This document shows positions 24,255-34,063 of a stretch of 42,492 nt of DNA, one piece after another. Position 1 is the stretch's first letter; the number at the start of each line of letters is the position of its first letter. The notes beneath the pieces were generated by a model. That model searched no databases and was not told the DNA's origin. It worked only from the letters and a program-made list of their open reading frames with translations. The stretch is from an uncultured Planctomycetota bacterium (lineage in GTDB: Bacteria > Planctomycetota > SKW154): contig CAYPNR010000007.1 of assembly GCA_964412125.1 (NCBI GenBank), forward strand, positions 1 to 42,492, written 5' to 3'. The translations under genes and the position numbers were made by a program.

Positions 24255-27056
24255 ATGTCCTACAGGGACACATTGAATCTGCCGAAGACCGACTTTCCGA
24301 TGAAGGCCGACCTGAGCAGGCGCGAGCCGGAGTGGCAGGCGCGATGGGAGGAAATGGACCTCTACGCGAAGATCAGGCGGGCGCGGAAGGGCGCGAAACG
24401 TTTCGTGCTGCACGACGGTCCGCCTTACGCCACAGGCGACCTGCACATAGGCACCGTGATGAACAAGGTGCTGAAGGACATGGTGGTGAGATACCACACG
24501 ATGGTGGGAGAGGACTCTCCGTACGTGCCGGGATGGGACTGTCACGGTCTGCCGATAGAGCACATGGTGATGCAGCAACTCGGCGCCGAGTACAAGAAGA
24601 AGACGCCCGGCGAGATCCGCAGACTCTGTCGGGAGTGCGCGACGCGCTACGTGGACTACCAGCGCGGACAGTTCAAGAGGTTCGGCGTCTCGGGCGACTG
24701 GCGCAATCCGTATCTGACGATGACGCCGCACTTCGAGGCCGGCGTGATGGAGGTGCTCGAGAAGATACTGGCCGAGGGATACATCTATCGCGAACTTCGT
24801 CCGATACACTGGTGTCCCAACTGCGAGACGGCTCTGGCGGAAGCGGAACTCGAGTACCACGACATCGAAGGCCCGTCGATATACGTGAAGTTCAAGACCG
24901 AGGACGACATGCACGAGGCGTTCGGCATAAAGAAAGACGCGCCGATATACCTGCTGGTCTGGACCACGACTCCGTGGACGCTGCCGGCGAACGTGGCGGT
25001 GGCGCTGGGCCCGGGTTTCGACTACGCGGCGGTGGAAGCGGCGGGCGAGGTGCTGGTGATGGCGGAGGCGACCGTGGAGCGCGTGATGTCGGAGGCGGGA
25101 GTGGAAGGCTGGAAGACGCTGGCGCGCCGCCGCGGCGACGAACTGGAGGGAATGATCTACCGCCATCCACTGGTGAACCGCGACGGCAGACTCATTCTCG
25201 CGGACTTCGTGACTCTCGAACAGGGAACCGGCACGGTGCACATCGCGCCGGGCCACGGCAAGGAGGACTACGACATAGGACGCAAATACGGTCTTAAGGT
25301 ACTGAGTCCTGTCAACGAGCAGGGCCGCTTCACCGAGGAGTTCGAGGCGCACGCCGGCGAGAGGGTCTTCGACGCCGACAAACGCATAACGGACGACCTG
25401 CGCGAACTCGGTATGCTTTTCCATCACGGACGGTTCCTGCACGCCTATCCGCATTGCTGGCGCTGCAAGAAGCCCGTCATCTTCCGCGCGACCAAGCAGT
25501 GGTTCGTCTCCGTGGACCACAAAGGTCTGCGGCGGAGGATACAGGAGGAGATCAAGAAGGTACGCTGGATACCGGCCTGGGGCAAGATTCGTATAACGAA
25601 CATGATGGGCGAGCGACCGGACTGGTGCATCAGCCGCCAGCGATACTGGGGCGTGCCGATACCCGCGCTGTACTGCCGCTCCTGCGAATCCGCCATTCTC
25701 TCGCCGGAGGTGGTCCGACGCGCGCGCGAGGTGTTCGCGGAGCACGGCGCAGACTCCTGGTTCACACACCCGCTCGAACGGTTCCTGCCGGAAGGCTTCC
25801 GCTGTCCGTACTGCAAGGCGGAAGAGTTCGACCGCGAAAACGACATCCTCGACGTCTGGTTCGAGTCAGGCTCCTCTTACAATCCCATTCTGAGGCACAC
25901 CGATCCGCCGCTGTTTCCGGCCGACATCTATCTGGAAGGAACCGACCAGCATCGCGGCTGGTTTCAGACTTCGCTCATAACTTCGGTTTCCGCTTTCGGA
26001 ACCGCGCCTTATCGTCAGGTGCTCACCCACGGCTTCGTCGTGGACGAGTCCGGAAAGAAGATGTCGAAGTCGCTCGGCAACTTCCTCGCCGTCGACGACG
26101 TCATCAAGAAATACGGCGCGGACATCGTCCGGCTCTGGATATTCTCGGTCGACTACAAAGACGAGATTCCGGCCTCGCTCGCCACGATAGCCGCGGCCGC
26201 CGATCCCTATCGCAAGATCCGCAACACGTTTCGTTTCCTGCTCGGCAACCTGTACGACTTCGATCCGGCCGCCGACGCGGTGGAGAGCGACCGACTCGAA
26301 GAGTTGGACATGTGGGCGCTGTCCCGACTCCAGCAGGTGATAGACGGCGTCCACTCCTCCTTCGCGGACTACGACTTCCATCGCGCGTTCCGGCGGATAT
26401 ACGAGTTCTGCGCCGTCGACATGAGCACGTTCTACTTCGACGTCCTCAAGGACACGCTGTACTGCGAGCGCGCCGAAAGTCCGCTGCGCCGCTCCGCGCA
26501 GACCGCTCTGTGGCACGTTCTGCACGCGCTCGTCCGCCTGCTGGCGCCGGTGCTCGTGCACACATGCGAGGAAGTCTGGGCGCATCACAAACCGCCGGGC
26601 GAAAAAGAGGAAAGCGTGCATCTGGCGCTGCTGCCCCGGGCGGATCCCGCGCTCAAGAACGAACGCCTCCTCGAGCGTTACGGCCGCCTCCAGGAGGTGC
26701 GACGCGAGGTCGCGCGATCCATAGAGGCGTTGCGCAACGAGAAAAAAATCGGCTCGTCCATGCAGGCCGGCGTCGTCCTGCACGCCGAGGACAGACATCT
26801 TCACGCGCTGCTGGAGTCCTTCGGAGCGGAGAATTTGTCGAGGCTGTTCATATCCGGCGCGGTGAGCATCGAGGACGCGCCGCCGGAGGGCGCGGTGACC
26901 GGCCAGGACGTTCACATGCTGCACGTACTCGTCTCGCCGACGAGCGACCCGAAATGCGCGCGCTGCTGGCGTCACCGCGCGGACGTGGGCGCCGACTCCG
27001 CCCGGCCCGACGTCTGCGCGCGCTGCGCGGAAGTGCTCGCCGGCACGGAGGCGTGA
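24255..27056 (+). CDS. ileS: Isoleucine--tRNA ligase (type 1, C-terminal zinc finger)
   Basis: TLNLPKTDFPMKA, the HIGH-type motif PYATGDLHIGT, KMSKSLGN, and the C-terminal CARCWRH..VCARC. 933 aa. AAGGAG RBS. Confidence 0.98.
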   Translation: MSYRDTLNLPKTDFPMKADLSRREPEWQARWEEMDLYAKIRRARKGAKRFVLHDGPPYATGDLHIGTVMNKVLKDMVVRYHTMVGEDSPYVPGWDCHGLPIEHMVMQQLGAEYKKKTPGEIRRLCRECATRYVDYQRGQFKRFGVSGDWRNPYLTMTPHFEAGVMEVLEKILAEGYIYRELRPIHWCPNCETALAEAELEYHDIEGPSIYVKFKTEDDMHEAFGIKKDAPIYLLVWTTTPWTLPANVAVALGPGFDYAAVEAAGEVLVMAEATVERVMSEAGVEGWKTLARRRGDELEGMIYRHPLVNRDGRLILADFVTLEQGTGTVHIAPGHGKEDYDIGRKYGLKVLSPVNEQGRFTEEFEAHAGERVFDADKRITDDLRELGMLFHHGRFLHAYPHCWRCKKPVIFRATKQWFVSVDHKGLRRRIQEEIKKVRWIPAWGKIRITNMMGERPDWCISRQRYWGVPIPALYCRSCESAILSPEVVRRAREVFAEHGADSWFTHPLERFLPEGFRCPYCKAEEFDRENDILDVWFESGSSYNPILRHTDPPLFPADIYLEGTDQHRGWFQTSLITSVSAFGTAPYRQVLTHGFVVDESGKKMSKSLGNFLAVDDVIKKYGADIVRLWIFSVDYKDEIPASLATIAAAADPYRKIRNTFRFLLGNLYDFDPAADAVESDRLEELDMWALSRLQQVIDGVHSSFADYDFHRAFRRIYEFCAVDMSTFYFDVLKDTLYCERAESPLRRSAQTALWHVLHALVRLLAPVLVHTCEEVWAHHKPPGEKEESVHLALLPRADPALKNERLLERYGRLQEVRREVARSIEALRNEKKIGSSMQAGVVLHAEDRHLHALLESFGAENLSRLFISGAVSIEDAPPEGAVTGQDVHMLHVLVSPTSDPKCARCWRHRADVGADSARPDVCARCAEVLAGTEA

Positions 27057-27069
27057 GCGGCGGAAAGGT

Positions 27070-27534
27070 TCATTCGAGCGGCGCGCGATGCAGATGACAC
27101 AGGGCGCAGGCGGCGGCGTCCGCGGCGTCCTGAGGCAGGGTTTCGCCGAACACGGCGCGGACGAGGCGGATCACCTGTTCTTTTGATGCGGCGCCGCTGG
27201 AGGTGACCGCTTTCTTGACGGTCGACGGCTCGTAGGCGAAAACCGGAAATCCGGCGTAGACGCATCGCGAGTAGACGGCTCCGTAGAGCGCGCTCAACTG
27301 GATGGCGACACGCGGATTTCTGACGTAGACCGGCTTCTCTATCGCGACCGCCTCCGGCGACAGCCTCTCCAGCAGCGCGTCGACGCCGCGGGCCACCTCG
27401 AGCATCCGCTTCTCGAAATCGGCGCCCTTCGGCCGCATCACGCCGGAGTCGACGAGAACGGGTCCGTCCGGCCGCGCCTCCAGAAGAGCGTATCCTGTCG
27501 CGCGACTGCCGAGATCGAGACCGAGCACCTTCAT
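27070..27534 (-). CDS. ruvC: Crossover junction endodeoxyribonuclease RuvC
   Basis: MKVLGLDLGSRATGYALLE. 154 aa, with acidic catalytic residues in the expected blocks. Its ATG overlaps the der TGA (ATGA). Confidence 0.92.
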   Translation of the reverse strand: MKVLGLDLGSRATGYALLEARPDGPVLVDSGVMRPKGADFEKRMLEVARGVDALLERLSPEAVAIEKPVYVRNPRVAIQLSALYGAVYSRCVYAGFPVFAYEPSTVKKAVTSSGAASKEQVIRLVRAVFGETLPQDAADAAACALCHLHRAPLE

Positions 27535-28874
27535 CTCCGCTCTCCGCTCTTGCGCAGTTGCAATCGTAACGGTATCTCCGCGAACGGAAGCCTGTCGCGC
27601 AGGAAATTCTCGATGTAGCGGAGATATAGTTTATCGAACCACGACGGCTCGTTGACGAACAGGAGTATCGTGGGCGGCGCGACGCCGGGCTGGGTGGCGT
27701 AGTATATCTTCGGCTGTTTTCTGACGGAGACGCGCGGCGGCTGTCTCCGTCTGACGGCCTCGCTTATCAGGCGGTTGAGCCTGCCGGTGCCGCAACGGTA
27801 GTGAGACTGCCGCCACAGGTCGTCGGCCACCCTCATCATTCCGTCCAGGTTCCAGCGACGCAGAGCGCTCACGAACACAAGCGGCGCGAACGACAACCCC
27901 GGCAGCATCGCACGCAGATAGCGTCCGTAGTCCCTCACCGACGCGCGTCCCTCCGCAAGGTCCCACTTGTTCACCACCAGAACGACGGGCTTCACGGACG
28001 CCACCACGAGTCGCGCCAGTCTCTTGTCCACGCGGCTCACCGGAAGAGCGGCGTCCACCAGCAGCAGAACGACTCCGGCCCTGCCTATCGCGCTCTCGGT
28101 GCGCATCGCGCTGAACAGTTCGACGGAGTCCTCCATCCTGCCCTTACGCCTCACGCCCGCGGTGTCCACCAGGACGAGACGTCTCCGGCCGCGTCCCACC
28201 ACCACCTCGACGGCGTCGCGCGTCGTGCCGGGACGCTCGTCCACCAGTACCCGCTCGGCTCCCGCGAGCGCGTTGAGAAGCGTGGACTTGCCGGCGTTCC
28301 GCTTGCCGACCATCGCGATCCGCAGCGGCGGCTCCTCGAAGCCGCCCCCCTCCGGCAGCATCTCCGCGACCTTCTCACGCAGTTCGCCGCAGCCCGCTCC
28401 GTGAACCGCCGAGACCGGCAGAGGTTCGCCGAGCCCCAGACGATGAAACTCGCCGACCTCCCGCTCGAGAGCGGGGTTGTCCGCCTTGTTCGCGACGAGC
28501 ACGACGGGGGCCTTCGAGGCCCGCAGTTTCGCGCACAGCGTCTCGTCGAGCGGATGAAGCCCCTCGACCGCGTCCACCACGAACAGTACGACGTCCGCCT
28601 CCTCCATCGCCAGATGAACCATCTCCACGGACCTGCGCAGCAGCGCGTCGGCCGGAACTCCGTCGAGCAGACCGCCTGTGTCGGCCAACTCGACGGCGCG
28701 TCCCTCCCAGTCGACCACGGCGGTCACGACGTCGCGCGTGACGCCGGGCGTGCGTTCGACGACCGCCATACGTCTGCCCACGAGTCGATTGAACAGCGTG
28801 GACTTGCCGACGTTCGGCCTGCCCACTATCGTGACCAGCGGCAGTTCCGCGTCCTTTATCCGGCCGTCCATCAT
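27531..28874 (-). CDS. der: Ribosome-biogenesis GTPase Der (EngA)
   Basis: ATG 28874 lies within track ORF 27531..29045. There are two G-domains with P-loops GRPNVGKST and GKRNAGKST, plus DTGG/DTAG, NKAD/NKWD and a C-terminal KH-like domain. Confidence 0.95.
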   Translation of the reverse strand: MMDGRIKDAELPLVTIVGRPNVGKSTLFNRLVGRRMAVVERTPGVTRDVVTAVVDWEGRAVELADTGGLLDGVPADALLRRSVEMVHLAMEEADVVLFVVDAVEGLHPLDETLCAKLRASKAPVVLVANKADNPALEREVGEFHRLGLGEPLPVSAVHGAGCGELREKVAEMLPEGGGFEEPPLRIAMVGKRNAGKSTLLNALAGAERVLVDERPGTTRDAVEVVVGRGRRRLVLVDTAGVRRKGRMEDSVELFSAMRTESAIGRAGVVLLLVDAALPVSRVDKRLARLVVASVKPVVLVVNKWDLAEGRASVRDYGRYLRAMLPGLSFAPLVFVSALRRWNLDGMMRVADDLWRQSHYRCGTGRLNRLISEAVRRRQPPRVSVRKQPKIYYATQPGVAPPTILLFVNEPSWFDKLYLRYIENFLRDRLPFAEIPLRLQLRKSGERR

Positions 28875-28957
28875 CCGCACCTCGTTCGACCGGCTGTATT
28901 CTACCGTGACGCGCGAGGCCGACAAGTCGATTCCGGGCGGCGCAAGCGCGGCAGGCC

Positions 28958-28987
28958 TTGCACGCGCCCGTGACGGAGGCGTATAAT
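28958..28987 (+). promoter_or_regulatory. Sigma-70-like promoter (TTGCAC-N18-TATAAT) of the isochorismatase-family gene
   Basis: TTGCAC at 28958..28963 and a perfect TATAAT at 28982..28987. The AGGAG RBS and ATG 29030 follow. Confidence 0.45.
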
Positions 28988-29029
28988 CCTCACCGCACGG
29001 CTCCATAACGGCCCGCTCAGGAGCGGCGA

Positions 29030-29761
29030 ATGAGTGAAACGGCACGCGGAAAAGACGCGACAGGCGCCTACGTCACGCGACGCACGCTCGCGCGCAAGAC
29101 CGCGCGCTGGCTGTCGGACTGCGCGCAAGTCGCGCCGCGCTACAGAAAAATCGCCTTCGATATCGAAACGGCCGCCCTGCTGGTGGTGGACATGCAGCGT
29201 TTCTTCACCGACAGCCGCTCCCACGCATACCTGCAGGCGACCGGGGCGATACTCGACAACGTGAACGCCCTGGCGGAGGCGTTCGCGAAAGCGGCTCGTC
29301 CGGTGGCGGCGTCGTTCTACGCCGGCACCGCGGAGGAAGCGCCGGCCATGAAGGCGTTCTGGAAGCATCTCCTGGCGCCCGGCGACCCGCTGGCGGAGCC
29401 GGACGAGCGTCTCCGGCTGCCGGCCGGGACCCTCGTCTTCAGAAAACCCACCTACAGCGCGTTTCAGGGAAGTCCGCTGGGCCGCTTTCTACGTGAGCGC
29501 GGCACGACGCAGTTGGCGATATGCGGGGTGATGACGCATCTCTGCGTCTCGACCGCGGCGCGGGAGGCGTTCTGCGCGGGACTCGTACCGTTTCTGGCGG
29601 CGGACGCGACCGCGGCGCCGACGGAGCGGCTCCACGCCGGCGCGCTGCTTGAGGCCGCTCACGGCTTCGCAGTCGTCACCGACACGTCGACGCTGACAAA
29701 AAACCGCGGCGGCGGCCGGTCGCGCGGAACGGCCGGACGAACGACGGGTATGAATAGATAA
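29030..29761 (+). CDS. Isochorismatase-family cysteine hydrolase
   Basis: ALLVVDMQRFF (Asp), KPTYSAF (Lys region) and ICGVMTHLCVSTAARE (catalytic Cys). Confidence 0.85.
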   Translation: MSETARGKDATGAYVTRRTLARKTARWLSDCAQVAPRYRKIAFDIETAALLVVDMQRFFTDSRSHAYLQATGAILDNVNALAEAFAKAARPVAASFYAGTAEEAPAMKAFWKHLLAPGDPLAEPDERLRLPAGTLVFRKPTYSAFQGSPLGRFLRERGTTQLAICGVMTHLCVSTAAREAFCAGLVPFLAADATAAPTERLHAGALLEAAHGFAVVTDTSTLTKNRGGGRSRGTAGRTTGMNR

Positions 29762-29782
29762 GAAGGACCGGGGAGGAAGTTC

Positions 29783-30928
29783 GTGAGGCGCCTTGCGGCT
29801 TCGATCGCGCTGCTGACGCTCGTCTCCGTCTCCGGCGGGGAGAGCGGGGAACTGATCGTTCCGGAACTCGGCCCCGAGGTGGAGTTGGCGAGTTGGGACG
29901 CCGACGACCCGGAAACGGAAGGGATCATGGCCGAAGGCCTGTCGCCGGACGGCGAGATACTGGCGTATCTGGTGACCTACAAAGGCGACACCTATCTGAT
30001 GATGAAGCGACTCTGGAAGCGCGGCAGAGCCGTGCGCGTCGGCCGCCTGCGGGGCCGCTACGTCACCTCGCGCAGACTTCAGCAGGGCTTCTCGTGCGAC
30101 GGTCGTTACGCTTTCTTCTACGAGGTGCGCGTCGGTCCGAACAACAACGACGTCTGGACGCTCGGTCTGGTGGACCTGCGGAAGATGGAGCGCGTGCGGG
30201 TGCTTGTGAAAAGCGCGCTCCGGGTGACGGCGCTCTTCCATCGGAGCCGACCCGAGGCGTATCTGCTGTGGAAGCCGAACGAGAACGAAAAAGCGAGACT
30301 GCAGCGTTACGACCTGAAGACGGGCGGAACCGAAACGCTGGTGGAGAAGACGGACGCGGACGTACTGCTGCTGTCGCCCAACGGAAATCGACTCGCGCTG
30401 GTGGGGGAAGGCGGGACGAAAGCGTGTCTGTACCGCCTGCATCCGTTCAAGAAGGAATGCGAACTCGACCTGCCGGAGCCGCCGGACGGAGACGGCGACA
30501 ACGTGACGTTCATGCCCGAAGGAGCGCGGCTTCTCGCCGGCAAGGAAGGCTCGATGGTCGTGGTGGACGCCTCCGGCGCGACGGAGCCTGCGGAGATAAA
30601 GCGGCTCGTCGAGACGCAGAACCTGCGAGGGAACCTGGTGCGGATGCAGCAGGCGCCTTGCGGCATGATTCTTCTCACGTTCCGTCGCTGGTGCGTCTCC
30701 GACAGAACGTTTCTCTGGCATCCCAGGCGTCGGATGTTCGTGCCGATCGGAAAGATGTTCGACGAGCATCGGGTCATGCAGGTCTCGCGGGGATGGGCCG
30801 TGGCGTTCGACGAGCCCGGAGCGCGACTGCTGCTGCGACGCGTCAAACGCTGGCGCACCGCCACAGAAGACGAGGTAAGACGGTTCCAGGACCTGCTGAA
30901 AGAGAAAAAGCCCGAGAAGAAGCCCTGA
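29783..30928 (+). CDS. Hypothetical secreted protein, TolB/PD40-like beta-propeller repeats
   Basis: GTG start with GGAGGA upstream. The signal peptide is MRRLAASIALLTLVSVSG. Repeated blocks include LSPDGEILAY, FSCDGRYAFF and LSPNGNRLAL. The tail is Lys-rich. Confidence 0.6.
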   Translation: MRRLAASIALLTLVSVSGGESGELIVPELGPEVELASWDADDPETEGIMAEGLSPDGEILAYLVTYKGDTYLMMKRLWKRGRAVRVGRLRGRYVTSRRLQQGFSCDGRYAFFYEVRVGPNNNDVWTLGLVDLRKMERVRVLVKSALRVTALFHRSRPEAYLLWKPNENEKARLQRYDLKTGGTETLVEKTDADVLLLSPNGNRLALVGEGGTKACLYRLHPFKKECELDLPEPPDGDGDNVTFMPEGARLLAGKEGSMVVVDASGATEPAEIKRLVETQNLRGNLVRMQQAPCGMILLTFRRWCVSDRTFLWHPRRRMFVPIGKMFDEHRVMQVSRGWAVAFDEPGARLLLRRVKRWRTATEDEVRRFQDLLKEKKPEKKP

Positions 30929-30933
30929 GGCGC

Positions 30934-33072
30934 TCAGGGGGTCTTCGGCGCGGGAGGTCGAGGCTTCGGAACCTTGTAGTCCAGTCCGTGTCTGGCCGCC
31001 ATGGCCGCCAGGCGCTTCTTCGCGTCCTCGGTGGGCGGCGGCTCCTTACGCGCCTGCTCGACGGCGCTCTCGACGAACTGCCGCGCCGCCTTCGGGTCCT
31101 TCTTCTCCTTCTCCACGCGCTCTATCACGTCGAGTCGCCGCTCCCATATCTCCGCGCGGCGCTCCGGCAGCAACACGTGCGCCTCGCGATACCGTTCGAG
31201 ACTCTCCGCGAAACGTCCCATGTCCGCGAGCACCTCCGCCATCTCCATGAGTACGCGTCCCTTGAGTTCCCCTTTCAACTCGGACAACGCCCGCCGGTAA
31301 ACGTCCTGCGCCTCCTTCTGCTCGCCGCGACGCCGATGCGAGCGGGCGAGGTAGAGCAGCATCCCGGCGAAACGTACCCTGTCCTCGTTCTTGAGCGCGT
31401 CGGCCTTCTCCTTGGGGACGAGCAGCAGCGCCTGCAGGGCGGCGTGGTTCTTCGCGCCGGCGGCCCACTCCACCGCCTTCGACAGACGCGTAAGGTCGAG
31501 CGGCGTCTCGCCCACGACGCCGCAAAGCCGTCTCACCGCGTCGAGTGCCGCGGCCGACACCTCCTTTTCCTTGCCGCCGACCGTCTCCAGAAGCGTCTTC
31601 CAGACCGCCGCCGAAGGCGGACCCGCGGCGGCCAGCGCCCTTATCGCGGCGGCCCTGACGCCGCTCACCGCGTCGGTCTTGACCACCTTCAACAGCGCGC
31701 TCTCGGCCTCGCCCGCCTTCAGACGCCCCAGAGCGTCGCACGCACTGAATCTCACACCCGCCTGGCCGTCGGAAAGCATGACCAGAAGCACCTTGATCGC
31801 CTTCTTTCGATCGACCGCCGCGGCGACGGCGCGAACGGCCTCGGCCACCTTGTTCCGCAGAGACTCGTCCTTCACCGCCAGGCGCAACGCTCCCTTGTCG
31901 GTGCGCTCGAACGTCCGCGCCACCAGCGCGTCGAACGCGCCGGATATCTTAAGCGCGGCGACCGCGTCCACCAGAGCGGCGAGCACCTGCGGGCTCTGCT
32001 CCTTCTCCAGACGAGACGAGATGACCTCGGCGGGAGCGAACTTGAGTTTGATCATGGCGTTCACCGCCGCCAGCCGCTCCCGGGCGCTGGAGGAGTCGAG
32101 AAGTCCGGCGACGTTGCCGGCCTCGCCCTCGGCGCCCATCTCCGCGAGTGCCTCCGCCGCCGCGACGCGCAGAACCTCCTCTTCCGCCTTGAGGTAGCGC
32201 ACCACCAGTTTGGACCGGGCGAGCACCTTCATGCCGCCCAACTGCCGCAGACAGAACTCCTTCACCTCCACCGGCTCGTCGTCGTCCCGCAGATAGCCGA
32301 CGATGAAGTTTATCGCCTCCTCTTTAGCGTGCCTGGCGAGAACGCGCAGAATCTCGATTTTGTCGTGTATCTGACTCTGCAACTGACGCCTGCGGACCAT
32401 CTCCCGTCTGCGCAACTCTTTTCTGCGACTGGCCACGGCCTGAGCGTAGGACAGGGACCTGTTCTCGTCGAGCCAGCGTCGGGCCTCCTGAACGCTGCGG
32501 AACTCCTGCAGGAGCGCGTCGTTGACGGCCGAGAGCACCTGTTCCGCGTGCTCTTTGGTTTTCATACCGCCGGCCGCCTCCACGGCGCTGCGTATCTCGT
32601 CCATGTCCGCCAACTCCATTCCGCCGAACGCCTCGGCGATCATGCCCTCGGCCGTCGCGTCGGCGTCCCGCTTGAGACGCTCCAGCAGAAACGCGCACGT
32701 GCGAGGCGTCTCCACGGCGACCAGCGTCCGCACCAGTTCCCTGTGAAGGTTCGCGTCGCCGGTCGGAATGAGAGGCGACAGCATCGACAGATACTCGTCG
32801 ATGTCCGCTTCGACGTCACGTCGATTGGCGCCGATCGCCTTGACGACCTTCAGACGCGTGAGCGCGGACCCCTCCTTCAAGGCTTTCGAAAGGACGGTCG
32901 CGGCCCGCACGTGTCTCATCTCGACGAGCGCCACCGCGGCGGCGTACACGCGATCCGGATCGTCGCTCCTCAGCGACGCTTCGCGCTCCTTCAAGCGACG
33001 CGCCTCGTCGGGCAGAAGAGGCGTCGTGCGCAACTGCATGAGCACTCCGAGCACCATCAGGAGCCACAACAT
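30934..33072 (-). CDS. Large HEAT-repeat protein with an N-terminal anchor and TPR-like C-terminus
   Basis: Track ORF 30934..33075. ATG 33072 lies 6 nt after GGAGGAGG; GTG 33075 is an alternative start. HEAT/PBS-lyase-type repeats are present (VRFSACDALGRLKAGEAESALLKVVKTDAVSGVRAAAIRALAAAG). The opposite-strand 1250-aa ORF is Arg-rich shadow. Confidence 0.75.
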   Translation of the reverse strand: MLWLLMVLGVLMQLRTTPLLPDEARRLKEREASLRSDDPDRVYAAAVALVEMRHVRAATVLSKALKEGSALTRLKVVKAIGANRRDVEADIDEYLSMLSPLIPTGDANLHRELVRTLVAVETPRTCAFLLERLKRDADATAEGMIAEAFGGMELADMDEIRSAVEAAGGMKTKEHAEQVLSAVNDALLQEFRSVQEARRWLDENRSLSYAQAVASRRKELRRREMVRRRQLQSQIHDKIEILRVLARHAKEEAINFIVGYLRDDDEPVEVKEFCLRQLGGMKVLARSKLVVRYLKAEEEVLRVAAAEALAEMGAEGEAGNVAGLLDSSSARERLAAVNAMIKLKFAPAEVISSRLEKEQSPQVLAALVDAVAALKISGAFDALVARTFERTDKGALRLAVKDESLRNKVAEAVRAVAAAVDRKKAIKVLLVMLSDGQAGVRFSACDALGRLKAGEAESALLKVVKTDAVSGVRAAAIRALAAAGPPSAAVWKTLLETVGGKEKEVSAAALDAVRRLCGVVGETPLDLTRLSKAVEWAAGAKNHAALQALLLVPKEKADALKNEDRVRFAGMLLYLARSHRRRGEQKEAQDVYRRALSELKGELKGRVLMEMAEVLADMGRFAESLERYREAHVLLPERRAEIWERRLDVIERVEKEKKDPKAARQFVESAVEQARKEPPPTEDAKKRLAAMAARHGLDYKVPKPRPPAPKTP

Positions 33073-33246
33073 CACGCGCCTCCTCCATTCCCGCTCACAG
33101 GGTTATACGCAAAATACCTCTTTCTCCTTCGGACGCGAAACAGTTTATCCGCCGCGGGCGACGCCCGCGCGCGCCGGAAGCGTCGCGAAGCCCGGATCCG
33201 CGGCGAACCGCTCCGACGTCCTTCTCCATATATTATTCGACCCGCC

Positions 33247-33843
33247 TCACCGGTCGTCACCCGCTATGTCGGCTCCGAACCAGCCCAGGAGGAAGTCCAC
33301 GAACTGACCGATGCTGAAGCCCACGCGAAACTCCAGCAGCACGACCGTCGCGCCGATCTCGATGTCGTATGCGGCCATCGCGTCGCGCGGATATCCCCTG
33401 CGGCACGGCATGTCGTAGAAGGTGGCGACGTTCAGGAACAGCACGCTTTTGGCGACGTAGCCCGGCGGCGCTCTCGTGCCGCCGCCCTCGACGTCCGCCG
33501 GCAGACCGGTCTGCACCGAGTCGGTGGCCCACCAATCCGAACGCGCCCCCTCCACGAAGATCAGAATGAACGGCCAGACCGGCAGTCCGACGTGGTAGTT
33601 GTCGCCGACGTAGGCGACGCCGTGCCTGACGCCGGAGACCCGTGAAAAACTTCCTCCCGCGCCCACCGAGATCAGTTCCGTAAGAAGGACATGAGCGTCC
33701 AGGCCGACTCCGTAGCCGACCTCCGCGATGAAGCACTCGCCCAGGTCGCGCGCGCGATTGGTGAAGTACGGACCGACGGCGGCGCAGCCGCAGAAGAGCG
33801 CCAGCGCGGCGCACGCGAACGCGGGAATCGTAAGACGCTTCAT
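33247..33843 (-). CDS. Hypothetical small lipoprotein
   Basis: ATG 33843 lies within track ORF 33247..33942, giving MKRLTIPAFACAALALFCGC (lipobox LFCGC). The body is Gly/aromatic-rich and beta-strand-like. Confidence 0.6.
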   Translation of the reverse strand: MKRLTIPAFACAALALFCGCAAVGPYFTNRARDLGECFIAEVGYGVGLDAHVLLTELISVGAGGSFSRVSGVRHGVAYVGDNYHVGLPVWPFILIFVEGARSDWWATDSVQTGLPADVEGGGTRAPPGYVAKSVLFLNVATFYDMPCRRGYPRDAMAAYDIEIGATVVLLEFRVGFSIGQFVDFLLGWFGADIAGDDR

Positions 33844-34000
33844 CAGCCATCGCTCCTCAAGCGCGGAAAACGTCCATGCCCGGAACCACCGCCGGGCCGG
33901 CACGGCGGACAGAGTACCGGACGGCTGTAACCATCCTGTCACGACTCGCGAGCCGGGCGGCGCGACGACGATCGCGGCTCACGGAAGCCGCGCTTTTCTC

Positions 34001-34028
34001 TTGAGACCGGGCTCCGCGGAGTTAAAAT
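34001..34028 (+). promoter_or_regulatory. Sigma-70-like promoter of porA (TTGAGA-N16-TAAAAT)
   Basis: TTGAGA ccgggctccgcggagt TAAAAT, about 35 nt upstream of ATG 34064. AGGAG RBS. Coordinates may be off by 1 nt. Confidence 0.45.
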
Positions 34029-34063
34029 CCGTTCTTGTGAGACCGGCGTAGGAGCGTAGAAGA

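Noticed and set aside
29893-33645. 1250-aa ORF on the plus strand, the longest in the track
   Set aside because: It is extremely Arg/Gly/Ala/Pro-rich with no recognisable motifs. It overlaps the 29783-30928 gene out of frame and is antisense to the well-formed HEAT-repeat gene, which has a strong RBS. It is a typical high-GC shadow ORF.
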